Assembly: GCA_017522915.1 (NCBI GenBank)
Contig: JAFWXX010000044.1
Location: forward strand, 1,363-65,362
Origin: Bacteroidaceae bacterium
Lineage (GTDB): Bacteria; Bacteroidota; Bacteroidia; Bacteroidales; Bacteroidaceae
Reading direction: 5' to 3'
DNA length: 64,000 nucleotides
Translations under genes and position numbers: made by a program
Notes under the pieces: model-generated
What the model saw: only the letters and a program-made list of their open reading frames with translations
Database searches by the model: none
Told to the model about the DNA's origin: nothing
Shown: positions 9,485 through 19,508 of the stretch, in pieces
Layout: every line of letters starts with the position of its first letter
Numbering within the stretch: the stretch's first letter is position 1

Positions 9485-10030
9485 ATGAGCAAGGTATATC
9501 TTTTTCTTGCCGACGGTTTCGAGACTGTTGAGGCATTGGCTCCGGCAGATGTCATGCGCCGTGCAGGCATTGAGGTTGTGACTGTTTCTATAATGGGTCG
9601 CCGGAATGTGGTATCGGCACAGAACGTGCCGGTTGTTGCAGATGCACTTTACGAAGATATATGCTTCTGCGATGCCGATGGCCTGGTGCTGCCCGGCGGA
9701 GGAACCGGCACCGATAATCTGTCGGCCCATGAACCATTGCGCGCACTTTTGGTAAAGGCACATGCCGAAGGTAAGCTTGTAGCGGCAATATGTGCAGCAC
9801 CTATGGTCTTTGGCAGAATAGGAATTCTGAAAGGCCGCAAGGCTACATGCTATCCGGGTTGCGAGGGTGACCTCTTCGGTGCTGAATATACTGCAGCCCC
9901 GGTTGAGAAGGACGGCAATATCATTACAGGTTGCGGTCCCGGCGTATCTTTCGATTTCGGTTTCGCCATTGTTGAACGTCTCTGCGGAGGTGATGTCGTA
10001 GGAACATTGCGTTCACAGATGCAATTTTGA
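9485..10030 (+). CDS. DJ-1/PfpI (ThiJ/YajL-like) family protein
   Basis: 181 aa. GFE..E motif near the N-terminus and the nucleophile-elbow motif AAICAAP. Confidence 0.85.
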   Translation: MSKVYLFLADGFETVEALAPADVMRRAGIEVVTVSIMGRRNVVSAQNVPVVADALYEDICFCDADGLVLPGGGTGTDNLSAHEPLRALLVKAHAEGKLVAAICAAPMVFGRIGILKGRKATCYPGCEGDLFGAEYTAAPVEKDGNIITGCGPGVSFDFGFAIVERLCGGDVVGTLRSQMQF

Positions 10031-10040
10031 TTACTCCCTT

Positions 10041-10739
10041 ATGAAAAGATATCTTATAGTAGTGGCCGGAGGTAAAGGCATGCGTATGGGCGGTGAAACT
10101 CCCAAGCAGTTCCAGTTGTTGGGCGACAAACCGGTTGTTATGGTTACTCTGGAGCGTCTGCATGCCATAGACCCTTCTATGCAGCTGATTCTGGTGCTGC
10201 CGGCCGAGCACATGGATATGTGGCTCTCTTTATGCAAGCAATATTCGTTTGCCGTTCCATTGTTGCTGGCTCAGGGCGGCTCCACACGTTTCCATTCGGT
10301 ACAGAACGGCCTTGCGCAGGTCGATGATATCGACGATGCACTTGTTGGAGTGCACGACGGTGTCCGTCCTTTTGTCTCGCCTAAGGTGCTGGACGACTGT
10401 TTCTGCGAAGCATGGATTCATGGTGCCGCAATACCTATGATAGATGTCCAGGACAGTTTGCGTCACATAGTAGGCGGAAATGGAGTTACAGAAGTAGTCC
10501 CACGTGACCGTTACCGTCTTGTACAGACACCGCAGGTGTTCAGGCTCTCTCTTCTGCGCCGTGCCTACGAGCAGCGTTTCGTTGAGAACTTTACCGATGA
10601 TGCCTCTGTCGTTGAGGCATTGGGCGAGCAGGTAGTAGGCGTTGAGGGAAACCGCGAGAACATTAAGCTGACAACACCTTTCGACCTCATGGTTGCCAAG
10701 ACCTTGATGGAATGCTGGATACCGCAACAAGAAATATAA
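10041..10739 (+). CDS. ispD: 2-C-methyl-D-erythritol 4-phosphate cytidylyltransferase
   Basis: 232 aa. VVAGGKGMRMGG N-terminal nucleotide-binding motif and VHDGVRPF motif. Confidence 0.92.
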   Translation: MKRYLIVVAGGKGMRMGGETPKQFQLLGDKPVVMVTLERLHAIDPSMQLILVLPAEHMDMWLSLCKQYSFAVPLLLAQGGSTRFHSVQNGLAQVDDIDDALVGVHDGVRPFVSPKVLDDCFCEAWIHGAAIPMIDVQDSLRHIVGGNGVTEVVPRDRYRLVQTPQVFRLSLLRRAYEQRFVENFTDDASVVEALGEQVVGVEGNRENIKLTTPFDLMVAKTLMECWIPQQEI

Positions 10740-12811
10740 AGTTTCTGCCCGGGGTGGGCGAGCAGCGTGCATCATTGCTTAACAGGGAACTGAACATACA
10801 CTCCCTGTACGACTTGCTGTACTATTTCCCGTACAAGTATATCGACCGAAGCCGGGTTTTCAAAGTCTCGGAGCTGGGCAGTCAGCTGCAGCATGTGCAG
10901 CTCATAGGCGAGATACGTTCTTTCGAGGAGATGGGCGAGGGCGTATCACGCCGTCTTGTGGCACATTTCACCGACGGCACCGCCTTTGTCGATCTTGTAT
11001 GGTTCCGCGGGCTGAAGTTCGTTAAGAACCGCCTTAAGCTGAACACCCGGTATGTCGTCTTCGGAAAGCCGTCAATGTTCAACGGAAGAGTAAACATCGC
11101 TCATCCCGATGTCGATGATGCCTCATTGCTCAAGCTCGACAATATGGGGCTGCAGCCATATTACAATACAACGGAAAAGATGAAGCGCAGCGGCCTCAAT
11201 TCCAATGCTATGGCCAAGCTGGTACAGAATCTCTTCGGGTTGCTCAATAAGGAGATTGAGGAGACGCTTTCGCCCGATATTATAAGAAAGCATGGCCTTA
11301 TGTCGCTTGACGACGCGCTTCACATAATCCATTTCCCCAAGAACAGCAAGGAGCTTCAGCTGGCTCAGTACCGTCTCAAGTTCGAGGAGCTTTTCTTCAT
11401 TCAGCTGAATATCCTGCATTATGCCAAGGACAGGCAGAAAAGATATGTAGGCCACCGGTTTGCCAAGGTTGGGGATATGTTCAATCGTTTCTATCACGAA
11501 AACCTTCCTTTTGAACTTACAGGAGCGCAGAAACGTGTAGTCAAGGAGATACGTGCCGATGTGAACGGAAACAGTCAGATGAACCGTCTCATACAAGGTG
11601 ATGTGGGAAGCGGAAAGACGCTTGTCGCGCTGCTCTCCATGCTTCTTGCAAAGGACAATGGCTATCAGGCATGTATGCTTGCTCCGACAGAGATTCTTTC
11701 CGAACAGCATTATGCAACACTTCGCCGTATGCTGGGCAATCTTCCGGTAAGAGTGGAACTGCTGACGGGCAGTACAAGGCAGAAGGATAGGCTGCCTATT
11801 CTGGAAGCTCTTGAGAACGGCGATGTTGATATACTTGTAGGCACGCACGCAGTGCTTGAAGACAATGTGCAGTTCCGCAATCTTGGCCTTGCTGTTATTG
11901 ATGAGCAGCACCGTTTCGGCGTTGTGCAACGGGCAAAGATGTGGGCAAAGAACAATATTCCTCCACATGTGCTTGTAATGACGGCAACACCGATTCCGAG
12001 AACGCTTGCCATGACGCTGTACGGCGACCTTGACGTGTCGGTGATTGATGAGCTTCCGCCTGGCAGGAAACCGATTACAACAAATCATATATTCCGCAGC
12101 CGTTCAGACGGCATGTACTCTTTTATCAAGAAACAGCTCGAAGCAGGCAGGCAGGCCTATGTGGTATATCCTCTTATAAAGGAGAACGAGAAACTCGACC
12201 TCAAGAATCTGGAAGACGGCTATAACCAGCTATGTAATATCTTCTGCGACTACAGGTTGGGAAAGCTGCACGGCAAGATGAAACCTAAGGAGAAAGATGA
12301 AGAGATGCGTCGTTTTGCACAGGGAGAGACTCAGATTCTTGTATCTACAACGGTTATAGAGGTTGGCGTTGACGTTCCTAATGCTTCAGTGATGGTTATT
12401 GAGAATGCGGAGCGTTTCGGCCTCTCGCAGCTCCACCAGCTCCGTGGCCGTGTGGGGCGTGGAGCTTCGCAATCCTACTGCTTGCTTGTAACCGACTACA
12501 AGCTGTCCGAAGACACACGCAAGCGAATGGAGATTATGACCTCCAGCAACGATGGCTTTGAAATAGCCGAAGCAGACCTTAAGCTTCGTGGCCCTGGAGA
12601 TATGGAGGGTACTCAGCAGAGCGGAATAGCATTTGACTTGAAAATAGCCAATCTTGCTCGTGACGAGCAGTTGTTGCAGTTTGTGCGCGAGGTAGCCCGT
12701 GGGGTTGTTGAAGCCGATCCGGAGTGCTGCAATCCTATGTACAGGGTAGTGTGGGAACGTTTGCGCATGATAAAGAATATGCGTAACTGGAATTGGGGCG
12801 CAATATCATAA
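10712..12811 (+). CDS. recG: ATP-dependent DNA helicase RecG
   Basis: 699 aa. Walker A GDVGSGKT, VIDEQHRFG box, QLHQLRGRVGRG motif VI. Overlaps ispD by 28 nt. Confidence 0.95.
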   Translation: MLDTATRNIKFLPGVGEQRASLLNRELNIHSLYDLLYYFPYKYIDRSRVFKVSELGSQLQHVQLIGEIRSFEEMGEGVSRRLVAHFTDGTAFVDLVWFRGLKFVKNRLKLNTRYVVFGKPSMFNGRVNIAHPDVDDASLLKLDNMGLQPYYNTTEKMKRSGLNSNAMAKLVQNLFGLLNKEIEETLSPDIIRKHGLMSLDDALHIIHFPKNSKELQLAQYRLKFEELFFIQLNILHYAKDRQKRYVGHRFAKVGDMFNRFYHENLPFELTGAQKRVVKEIRADVNGNSQMNRLIQGDVGSGKTLVALLSMLLAKDNGYQACMLAPTEILSEQHYATLRRMLGNLPVRVELLTGSTRQKDRLPILEALENGDVDILVGTHAVLEDNVQFRNLGLAVIDEQHRFGVVQRAKMWAKNNIPPHVLVMTATPIPRTLAMTLYGDLDVSVIDELPPGRKPITTNHIFRSRSDGMYSFIKKQLEAGRQAYVVYPLIKENEKLDLKNLEDGYNQLCNIFCDYRLGKLHGKMKPKEKDEEMRRFAQGETQILVSTTVIEVGVDVPNASVMVIENAERFGLSQLHQLRGRVGRGASQSYCLLVTDYKLSEDTRKRMEIMTSSNDGFEIAEADLKLRGPGDMEGTQQSGIAFDLKIANLARDEQLLQFVREVARGVVEADPECCNPMYRVVWERLRMIKNMRNWNWGAIS

Positions 12812-12887
12812 AACGCTCTATGGGCTTTGCTGATAGGCATTTTAGTAAACTTAACTGATTAATTTTCGTTATAATAGCTTTTTTTAT

Positions 12888-12895
12888 TACCTTTG
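12888..12895 (+). promoter_or_regulatory. -7 promoter box (TAnnTTTG) for ndk
   Basis: TACCTTTG about 72 nt upstream of ATG 12967. Confidence 0.4.
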
Positions 12896-12966
12896 CCGCG
12901 CTCTCCCTCGGACATATCGGGTGAGCAATCGTTCCGCACTTCAACTAACACATAATAGAATCAATA

Positions 12967-13440
12967 ATGGAAAAGACACTTGTACTGATAAAGCCGAATG
13001 CGATACAGCGCGGTCTTGTAGGTGATATTGTAACACGTTTCGAACGTAAGGGTCTAAGGATTGCAGGCATGAAGATGATGTTCATGACCGACGGGATTGT
13101 AAATGAGCATTATGCGCATCTCGTAGAACGTCCGTTCTTCCCTTACCTCAAGGCTTCTATGCAGGCAGCTCCTATCATAGCCTGCTGTATCGAGGGTGCA
13201 GAGGCTGTTGAGACCGTGCGCCTTATGGTCGGAGTTACCAATTCGCGCAAGGCTCTCCCCGGTACAATACGCGGTGACTTCTCCATGAGCGGTGAGCAGA
13301 ACGTAGTACATGCATCCGATTCTGTCGAGAATGCACTTGTCGAAATCAACCGTTTCTTTGCTCCTGGCGAACTGTTCGACTATGAGTCGGCAGTGACTTG
13401 CTTCGAGTATGGCGGTGAAGAGAGTCAGAAGTATAAATAA
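12967..13440 (+). CDS. ndk: nucleoside-diphosphate kinase
   Basis: 157 aa. LVLIKPNA and NVVHASDS (active-site His) motifs. Confidence 0.95.
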   Translation: MEKTLVLIKPNAIQRGLVGDIVTRFERKGLRIAGMKMMFMTDGIVNEHYAHLVERPFFPYLKASMQAAPIIACCIEGAEAVETVRLMVGVTNSRKALPGTIRGDFSMSGEQNVVHASDSVENALVEINRFFAPGELFDYESAVTCFEYGGEESQKYK

Positions 13441-13473
13441 GCCTGTCAACGGTTTGGCATAAACTGCAATCAA

Positions 13474-14337
13474 GTGAAGAATCTCCGTTACATATTCCTG
13501 ACAGCACTGCTGTTTGCCATGTCGCCTTGCATAAAGGCTCAGGATGTATTGGCAGAGCCTGTTGCTATGCAGACAAGCATAGAGAGTGTCGATACTGTAG
13601 CAATGCGTACAATGCTCCTCAACGAGGCCCACATCATTCCGATGAGTGATATGTATCCTCATTGGATAAACAGCGGCGTGCATTATACCGCAACGCTTCC
13701 CGACTCTTTCAAGATAGACCTTCGTGGCTATACGATGCCTACTCCCAGCACAAGGATAACCGATATATTCGGCTATCGTCCTCGTCGCCGTCGTGTGCAT
13801 CAGGGTCTTGATATAAAGGTGCAGACCGGTGATACCATATATGCGGCATTCGACGGAAAGGTCCGTATCTCGTCATACGAACGCAGAGGATACGGCAATT
13901 TTGTCGTTATCCGTCATAACAATGGCATTGAGACACTTTACGGTCATCTTTCGAAAAAGTTCGTTGTGGCGAACCAGAATGTAAAATCGGGCGACCCTAT
14001 TGGCTTGGGCGGCAATACAGGCCGTTCATTCGGTTCGCATCTGCACTTTGAGACTATTCTTATGGGAAAGGCCATTAATCCGGCTTTCCTCTTCGACTTC
14101 AAGAACCAGACGGTAACAGGCGACAGCTATCTCTACCGCAAGCCTGGCAGCAAGTATGTCGAGAACGGAAAGGTAAAGACCGCCGGCCCTGAGCCTAAGT
14201 ACCATAAGGTACGGAAAGGGGATACCGTCTCAAAGATAGCCTTGAAGCATGGCGTCTCGCAAAAAACCATATATAAGCTGAATGGCATAAATGCAAAGAC
14301 GGTTCTTCGGTTAGGAATGACATTGAGATATCAGTAA
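13474..14337 (+). CDS. M23 family metallopeptidase with C-terminal LysM domain
   Basis: Signal peptide. HQGLDI ... GNTGRSFGSHLHFE M23 motifs. C-terminal YHKVRKGDTVSKIALKHGVSQKTIYKLNGI is LysM. The start is GTG in the ORF track. Confidence 0.88.
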   Translation: MKNLRYIFLTALLFAMSPCIKAQDVLAEPVAMQTSIESVDTVAMRTMLLNEAHIIPMSDMYPHWINSGVHYTATLPDSFKIDLRGYTMPTPSTRITDIFGYRPRRRRVHQGLDIKVQTGDTIYAAFDGKVRISSYERRGYGNFVVIRHNNGIETLYGHLSKKFVVANQNVKSGDPIGLGGNTGRSFGSHLHFETILMGKAINPAFLFDFKNQTVTGDSYLYRKPGSKYVENGKVKTAGPEPKYHKVRKGDTVSKIALKHGVSQKTIYKLNGINAKTVLRLGMTLRYQ

Positions 14338-14340
14338 GAT

Positions 14341-14382
14341 AAAATGTGAAGAGGTTGCCCATGGACAACCTCTTCACATTTT
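14341..14382. terminator. bidirectional terminator between convergent transcription units
   Basis: 17-bp stem AAAATGTGAAGAGGTTG/CAACCTCTTCACATTTT with an 8-nt loop, between stop 14337 (+) and stop 14398 (-). Confidence 0.8.
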
Positions 14383-14397
14383 ATCAGGTATTATCAG

Positions 14398-15744
14398 TTA
14401 CTTCGTCTCAGAAGCTCCGGTCCCGAATCCTTTCAGTTCCCTGAGTATCTTAGGGATATCGGTGTTGTCAATCACGCCGTGGAATGCCTCTGCAGATTTG
14501 CCAATGGCAAACAGAGGAACGAATGTGCCTGAATGGTTATAGCTTGCCCACGATAACAGTGCCTCACGGTTGAGCTTGTGCATTGCCTCGAAAGAGAGTT
14601 CCTTTGCAAGGTCGCTGTCCATTGTAACCTTCTCGTCCTTGCTCTTATCCTTTCTCGGTGCTATGCCCATATTCTCTTCAAGCAGTTCATTCACACGCCC
14701 CCATGTGGTCTCCTTCTCGGCAAGCAGGATTTCCTTCATTCTCTCTACGCTCACCTTCTGTCTTTCAAGGGCCTTCAGGTTAAGACGGTATTCGTGGCTG
14801 TATCCAAGTACAATGCCGCCGGTCTCATGGTCGGCTGTAACGATAATCAATGTCTCGTCCTTGTGCTTCTTGTAGAATTCGTATGCAACCTCAATGGCCT
14901 TGTTGAAGTCCATTACCTCCTGGAACATTGTAGCGGCATCGTCGTTGTGCGATGCATAGTCAATCTTTCCTCCCTCAATCATCATGAAGAACCCCTTGTC
15001 GCTCTTCTCTTCAAGGAAATCTATTCCGGCTTCTGTAATCTGTGCAAGAGTGAGGTCATCTTCAGCTCTGTCTATTGTATAAGGAATCTCAGTAGCGACA
15101 TCTTTCTGGTATAGCATAATTTTTTCAGCTTTCTCGGCCTTGCTCTTGTAATCCTCGAATCCTCGCGCAATAGCATATCCCTGTTTCTCCGCTTTGCCGT
15201 AAAGCTCCTTACGCTCGTTGTCGCTGCATTTTGCGTCTCCTCCTGCATAGAAGTCATAGCCTGCTGTCAACATCCATTGTGCAATCTCGCTGTAGTTGTT
15301 GCGGTCAAAGTTGTGTGCATAGAAAGCACTCGGAGTAGCATGGTTTATACATACAGTTGTGGCCACGCCAACAGCCATGCCGGCCTCTTTTGCCTGCAGT
15401 GCAACACTGAATACGTTCTTTCCGTCTGCATCTACGCCAATTCTGCCGTTCCGGCTCTTGCTTCCGGTCGATAGTGCTGTTCCCGATGCCGCAGAGTCTG
15501 TTACGCCGTTGCTTGCCGAGAATGTGGTTACGAAAGCTGTCTGCGGAAACTGCGTGAAGCAGAGCTGCTGCGGACGGCCTATTACTCCCTGCTTCTCGCC
15601 CAAATAGAGCTCGGTTCCCAGCACATGCGAAGGTCCCATGCCATCGCCGATAAAGTAGAAGATGTACTTAGGGCCGTTACAGTAGCCTGTTGCAACAAAA
15701 AGCAACAATAGAATTGTTCCAAATAATCGTTTCATATCATTCAT
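14398..15744 (-). CDS. alkaline phosphatase (PhoA family)
   Basis: 448 aa. Signal peptide. DGMG metal-site motif (FIGDGMGPSH), active-site Ser motif GVTDSAASGTAL, and TADHETGG. Confidence 0.9.
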   Translation of the reverse strand: MNDMKRLFGTILLLLFVATGYCNGPKYIFYFIGDGMGPSHVLGTELYLGEKQGVIGRPQQLCFTQFPQTAFVTTFSASNGVTDSAASGTALSTGSKSRNGRIGVDADGKNVFSVALQAKEAGMAVGVATTVCINHATPSAFYAHNFDRNNYSEIAQWMLTAGYDFYAGGDAKCSDNERKELYGKAEKQGYAIARGFEDYKSKAEKAEKIMLYQKDVATEIPYTIDRAEDDLTLAQITEAGIDFLEEKSDKGFFMMIEGGKIDYASHNDDAATMFQEVMDFNKAIEVAYEFYKKHKDETLIIVTADHETGGIVLGYSHEYRLNLKALERQKVSVERMKEILLAEKETTWGRVNELLEENMGIAPRKDKSKDEKVTMDSDLAKELSFEAMHKLNREALLSWASYNHSGTFVPLFAIGKSAEAFHGVIDNTDIPKILRELKGFGTGASETK

Positions 15745-15747
15745 TTT

Positions 15748-16968
15748 TTATTTTATTGACGGATTGCCTACCTTGCCGGCAAATATCACCTCGTTGCTGT
15801 CTTCCTTGACAATTGCATATATGAATGGACGGTCTATTGTCAATATCTCAGTCTGCGGCGGTCTCATTGAGAGTGCGCCTGCAAACATAGCTGTTACAGC
15901 AGCGGCCTCTGTTCCCTTTTCATTGACATCAATGTATGTCTTCTGTATAATATCGCTTATAAATAACGGATCATCCGAAATTCCGTTGAACTGCGCCCTG
16001 TTGCCGAAAGCTCTTTTTATGCCCAATTCTTCGAGTATAGGTTTCAGGCTTCGGCTGAACTCGGTCTTGAATTTCGGCAGTGAAAGCGTCAGGTTTCTGA
16101 CTTCCATATTTTTGAGATATGCATCAAGATTGTTTGCAAGGTGTACTGCGGCTTCGTCGCATTTCACGCCCTCGTTCGGCAAAACAAACAGCATGCTGTA
16201 TCCGAACTGCAATCTTTTGGAGGTCATTGCCAGTACATCGTCTTTGTAGAACAGCTCATTTGAACGCATCATCATTGTAGGGACTGTTATCTCTTCACCC
16301 TTCTCAGTCGTGAACTTCTTATTGGCAGTGTTATTTTCTTGGAATGGTTTGTCCCACGCTGCCTTGAAGTAGAGAGCATTGAGCAGAAGCATCCTGTCAT
16401 TTTCATTGAAACGCTCAATTATTGACGGAATCTTTCCGTTGGTGTTTTCCTTGCACCAATTGTTTATGCGTTCAACAGCCGCATCGTTGAATTCTGTTTT
16501 CTCGACCTGTGCGTCGTAGAACACCTTGTTGGTATCAATGAATTCCTGTTTTACATCGAACCTCTCTTTTATCCAAATGGAGTTGGCAATCTTTACTTCA
16601 CAATATTTGTTGTCAAGTTTGTCCAGGAAAGTCCTGTAATGCCTATTGGCATCATCTCCAATTTGCATTGCTTCGCAAATCTCCTTCTTTGTAATGCCTT
16701 CGGCACCATTGGCAATCATTGATAGTGCGAACTGTACGCTCAGCGGTGAAAGGCAGATATTTTCCATGTCCATCTGCCGGCAAGCTTCACCAAGCAGCTC
16801 GCCCCAGGCCGATTTGCTTGCAGCAGTGTTCTTTGCTGCAGCCATTGGGCCTGTTGCGGCATTCTCTGCAGAACTGTTGCCGGGAGCAACACCGCCTACG
16901 GCGTTTCTGCTTGTATTGCATGATATTGCCATAACGATAAATACGGTGTATAATACCTTTTTAACCAT
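15748..16968 (-). CDS. serpin-family protease inhibitor, lipoprotein-type signal
   Basis: 406 aa. Signal ending MAISC. Serpin core motifs (SPLSVQFALSMIANGAEG, NALYFKAAWDKPF). Inhibitory-type hinge EKGTEAAAVTA. Confidence 0.88.
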   Translation of the reverse strand: MVKKVLYTVFIVMAISCNTSRNAVGGVAPGNSSAENAATGPMAAAKNTAASKSAWGELLGEACRQMDMENICLSPLSVQFALSMIANGAEGITKKEICEAMQIGDDANRHYRTFLDKLDNKYCEVKIANSIWIKERFDVKQEFIDTNKVFYDAQVEKTEFNDAAVERINNWCKENTNGKIPSIIERFNENDRMLLLNALYFKAAWDKPFQENNTANKKFTTEKGEEITVPTMMMRSNELFYKDDVLAMTSKRLQFGYSMLFVLPNEGVKCDEAAVHLANNLDAYLKNMEVRNLTLSLPKFKTEFSRSLKPILEELGIKRAFGNRAQFNGISDDPLFISDIIQKTYIDVNEKGTEAAAVTAMFAGALSMRPPQTEILTIDRPFIYAIVKEDSNEVIFAGKVGNPSIK

Positions 16969-16969
16969 A

Positions 16970-18307
16970 TCAGAATATGAATTTGGTTATATCGTTGTAT
17001 GTAGCGAGCAGGAACAGTCCCAATATCAGCAGCATGCCCACCATCTGTGCACGTTCCATGAACTTGTCGCTTGGCTGTCGGCCTGTAATCATCTCTGCAA
17101 TCAGGAACACCGCATGTCCGCCGTCAAGAGCCGGTATCGGGAGTATGTTCATGAATGCCAGTATTATAGAAAGGAATGCACTCATCAGCCAGAACTCATG
17201 CCAGTCCCACTCTGCAGGGAAGAGGCTGCCGATAGAACCGAACATGCCGACCGACTTCGCACCCTCGCTGCTGAATACATACTTGAAGTCGCTGACATAT
17301 CCCTCAAGTACATTCAAACCGAACTGTATTCCTGCCGGGAACGACTCGAAGAAACCGTATGTATTGTGTATGAGCGGGTAGTCGTTCAGAACCGGCATGA
17401 CACCGAGTGTGAATGTCGTATCCACCGAAGCTGTTATCTCAAAGACGCTGTCACGCTCAACCTCAATGCTGAATGTTCTCTTTCCTTCCTCTTTCAGGCT
17501 TGCCATAATGCGCTTGAGGTCGTTCCATGAGTCAACCGGTTTGCAGTCGATTGCGATTATACGGTCTCCCTTTGCTATGCCGGCCAATGCGGCAGGGCTT
17601 CCTGTCTCCACGCTGTCGATGCAAGACAGAATCCTCTCCTGCATGAACAGGCCGTTCTTGTTCATGTTGAGCAATCCCAGAGTATCGGGGATAGCGATAG
17701 CGACTTTCTTGCCTTCGCGGAGCACTGTCACCTCATCGGCATTGCATATATCGCGGAGAATGTTTACACCACGTACCTTGTCCTGATAGAGCTTGTGTGC
17801 CTCCTCACCGTCAATCTCCACTATGAGGTCTCCGTTCCTGAAACCGATTTCCTGCGCTGTCTCATTGAAAACAAAACCGTTTTTCATCGAGTGCATGTCG
17901 GTGTAGTAGTCGCCCCATGTAAAGAGCACCATTGCATAGATGAACAGGGCAAGTATAAGGTTGAACATTACACCGCCTACTATAATGAGCAGTCTCTGCC
18001 ATGCCGGTTTGGAACGGTACTCCCAGGGCTCAGCCGGCTTGTTCAGCTGTTCCGTGTCCATCGACTCGTCAATCATTCCTGCAATCTTGCAATATCCTCC
18101 GAGCGGAATCCAACCGATACCGTATTCCGTGTCACTGTTCTTTGGCTTCCATTTGAACAATGAGAACTTCCAGTCGAAGAAAAGGTAGAACTTGTCAACC
18201 TTTACCTTGAAGAGTCTTGCGAAGATGAAGTGTCCGAACTCGTGTATAAGTACCAGAAGGCTCAAGGCCATCAGAAGCTGAAGTGCGCGTACAAAAAATA
18301 TTTCCAT
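16970..18307 (-). CDS. rseP: RIP (site-2) zinc metalloprotease RseP
   Basis: 445 aa. HEFGHF zinc motif in TM1, PDZ-like central segments, C-terminal LPIPALDGG motif. Confidence 0.93.
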   Translation of the reverse strand: MEIFFVRALQLLMALSLLVLIHEFGHFIFARLFKVKVDKFYLFFDWKFSLFKWKPKNSDTEYGIGWIPLGGYCKIAGMIDESMDTEQLNKPAEPWEYRSKPAWQRLLIIVGGVMFNLILALFIYAMVLFTWGDYYTDMHSMKNGFVFNETAQEIGFRNGDLIVEIDGEEAHKLYQDKVRGVNILRDICNADEVTVLREGKKVAIAIPDTLGLLNMNKNGLFMQERILSCIDSVETGSPAALAGIAKGDRIIAIDCKPVDSWNDLKRIMASLKEEGKRTFSIEVERDSVFEITASVDTTFTLGVMPVLNDYPLIHNTYGFFESFPAGIQFGLNVLEGYVSDFKYVFSSEGAKSVGMFGSIGSLFPAEWDWHEFWLMSAFLSIILAFMNILPIPALDGGHAVFLIAEMITGRQPSDKFMERAQMVGMLLILGLFLLATYNDITKFIF

Positions 18308-18327
18308 TTCTTTATCAATATATCGTT

Positions 18328-19491
18328 TTAGTTAATCCATTCTTCTACCATGCGGCGTATCTCCCTGTCAGTCTCCAGATAATCCTCAAGCGTAGGCTTC
18401 AATATATATGTAGCCTTGTCCATGGCGCGTTCAATCAAGCGGGGCATGTCGGTGAACCTTATACGGTCGTTGAGGAATGCTGCTACACAAATCTCGTTTG
18501 CAGCATTTACGACACAAGGAATGTTGCCGCCCTTTGCCAGAGCCTCATAGGCATGGCGCAGATTGGGGAACAGTTCAAGGTCGGGTTTCTCGAATGTCAG
18601 TTCTCCGAGTGTGCTCCAGTCTATACGTCCGAATGAAGAGGAGAGGCGTGAGGGGTATGTGAGCGCATACATTATAGGCAAGCGCATGTCGGGAGTGCCC
18701 AACTGTGCCTTTACAGCCCCGTCCTCGAACTGCACCATCGAGTGTATTACCGACTGCGGATGTACTACAACCTCAATCTCCTCTGCACCTACGCCGAAGA
18801 GCCATTTGGCCTCCATTACCTCAAAGCCCTTGTTCATCATCGAAGCCGAGTCGATGGTTATCTTTGCTCCCATGCTCCAGTTCGGATGCTTCAGAGCCTG
18901 CTCCTTGGTCACATGCTCCAGCTGTTCTTTAGTGAATGTGCGGAACGGGCCTCCTGAGGCTGTCAGTATGAGTTTCTCCACTTTATTGTGCATTTCACCT
19001 GCAAGGCACTGGAATATTGCCGAATGTTCCGAATCGACCGGCAGTATCGGTGTCTTGTATTCCATGGCAAGGGCGTTTATCATCTCTCCTGCCACAACCA
19101 TAGTCTCCTTGTTGGCAAGAGCTATGGCCTTGCCGGCCTTTATGGCGTTGATAGTGGGGCGTAGCCCGGAGAATCCAACCATTGCGGTTACAACGATATC
19201 TATGGGGCCTTCCTCTACAATCTGGCATACAGCCTCATACCCTCCGTAAACCTTAATAGGTAAGTCGGCCAGTGCCTCCTTGAGCCGGGGGTATTTTGAA
19301 TCGTCGGCAATGACTACGGCCTCCGGCATGAACTTGCGTGCCTGGGCTATGAGGTCATCGACACGGGTGTTTGCTGTAATTGCATATACCTCGAAACATT
19401 CGGGGTGCTCCTCCACGACCTGGAGCGTCTGAGTTCCGATAGAGCCTGTAGAGCCCAGTATGGCAATCTGTCTCTTTCTGTTGTTTTCCAT
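18328..19491 (-). CDS. dxr: 1-deoxy-D-xylulose 5-phosphate reductoisomerase
   Basis: ILGSTGSIGTQTL NADPH motif. I chose the start at MENNRKRQIAILG (ATG 19491). The longer ORF to 19557 would run into the upstream gene. Confidence 0.93.
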   Translation of the reverse strand: MENNRKRQIAILGSTGSIGTQTLQVVEEHPECFEVYAITANTRVDDLIAQARKFMPEAVVIADDSKYPRLKEALADLPIKVYGGYEAVCQIVEEGPIDIVVTAMVGFSGLRPTINAIKAGKAIALANKETMVVAGEMINALAMEYKTPILPVDSEHSAIFQCLAGEMHNKVEKLILTASGGPFRTFTKEQLEHVTKEQALKHPNWSMGAKITIDSASMMNKGFEVMEAKWLFGVGAEEIEVVVHPQSVIHSMVQFEDGAVKAQLGTPDMRLPIMYALTYPSRLSSSFGRIDWSTLGELTFEKPDLELFPNLRHAYEALAKGGNIPCVVNAANEICVAAFLNDRIRFTDMPRLIERAMDKATYILKPTLEDYLETDREIRRMVEEWIN

Positions 19492-19508
19492 TATATCTGT
19501 ATCTGTTC

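Noticed and set aside
11123-12088. Long antisense ORFs opposite well-supported genes. Examples: 321 aa opposite recG, 276 aa at 23750-24580 opposite yicC, 300 aa at 28026-28928 opposite GH109, 281 aa at 29863-30708 opposite aroF. Also 354 aa at 32841-33905 opposite aroA, 389 aa at 55635-56804 opposite ftcD/hutU, 248 aa at 13054-13800, and 294 aa at 16646-17530.
   Set aside because: All lie fully inside, or straddle, genes with clear family motifs on the other strand. Their translations are Cys/Arg/His-rich with no recognisable motifs. Some cross gene boundaries. This is the expected by-product of codon bias that depletes stop-complement codons, not overlapping genes.
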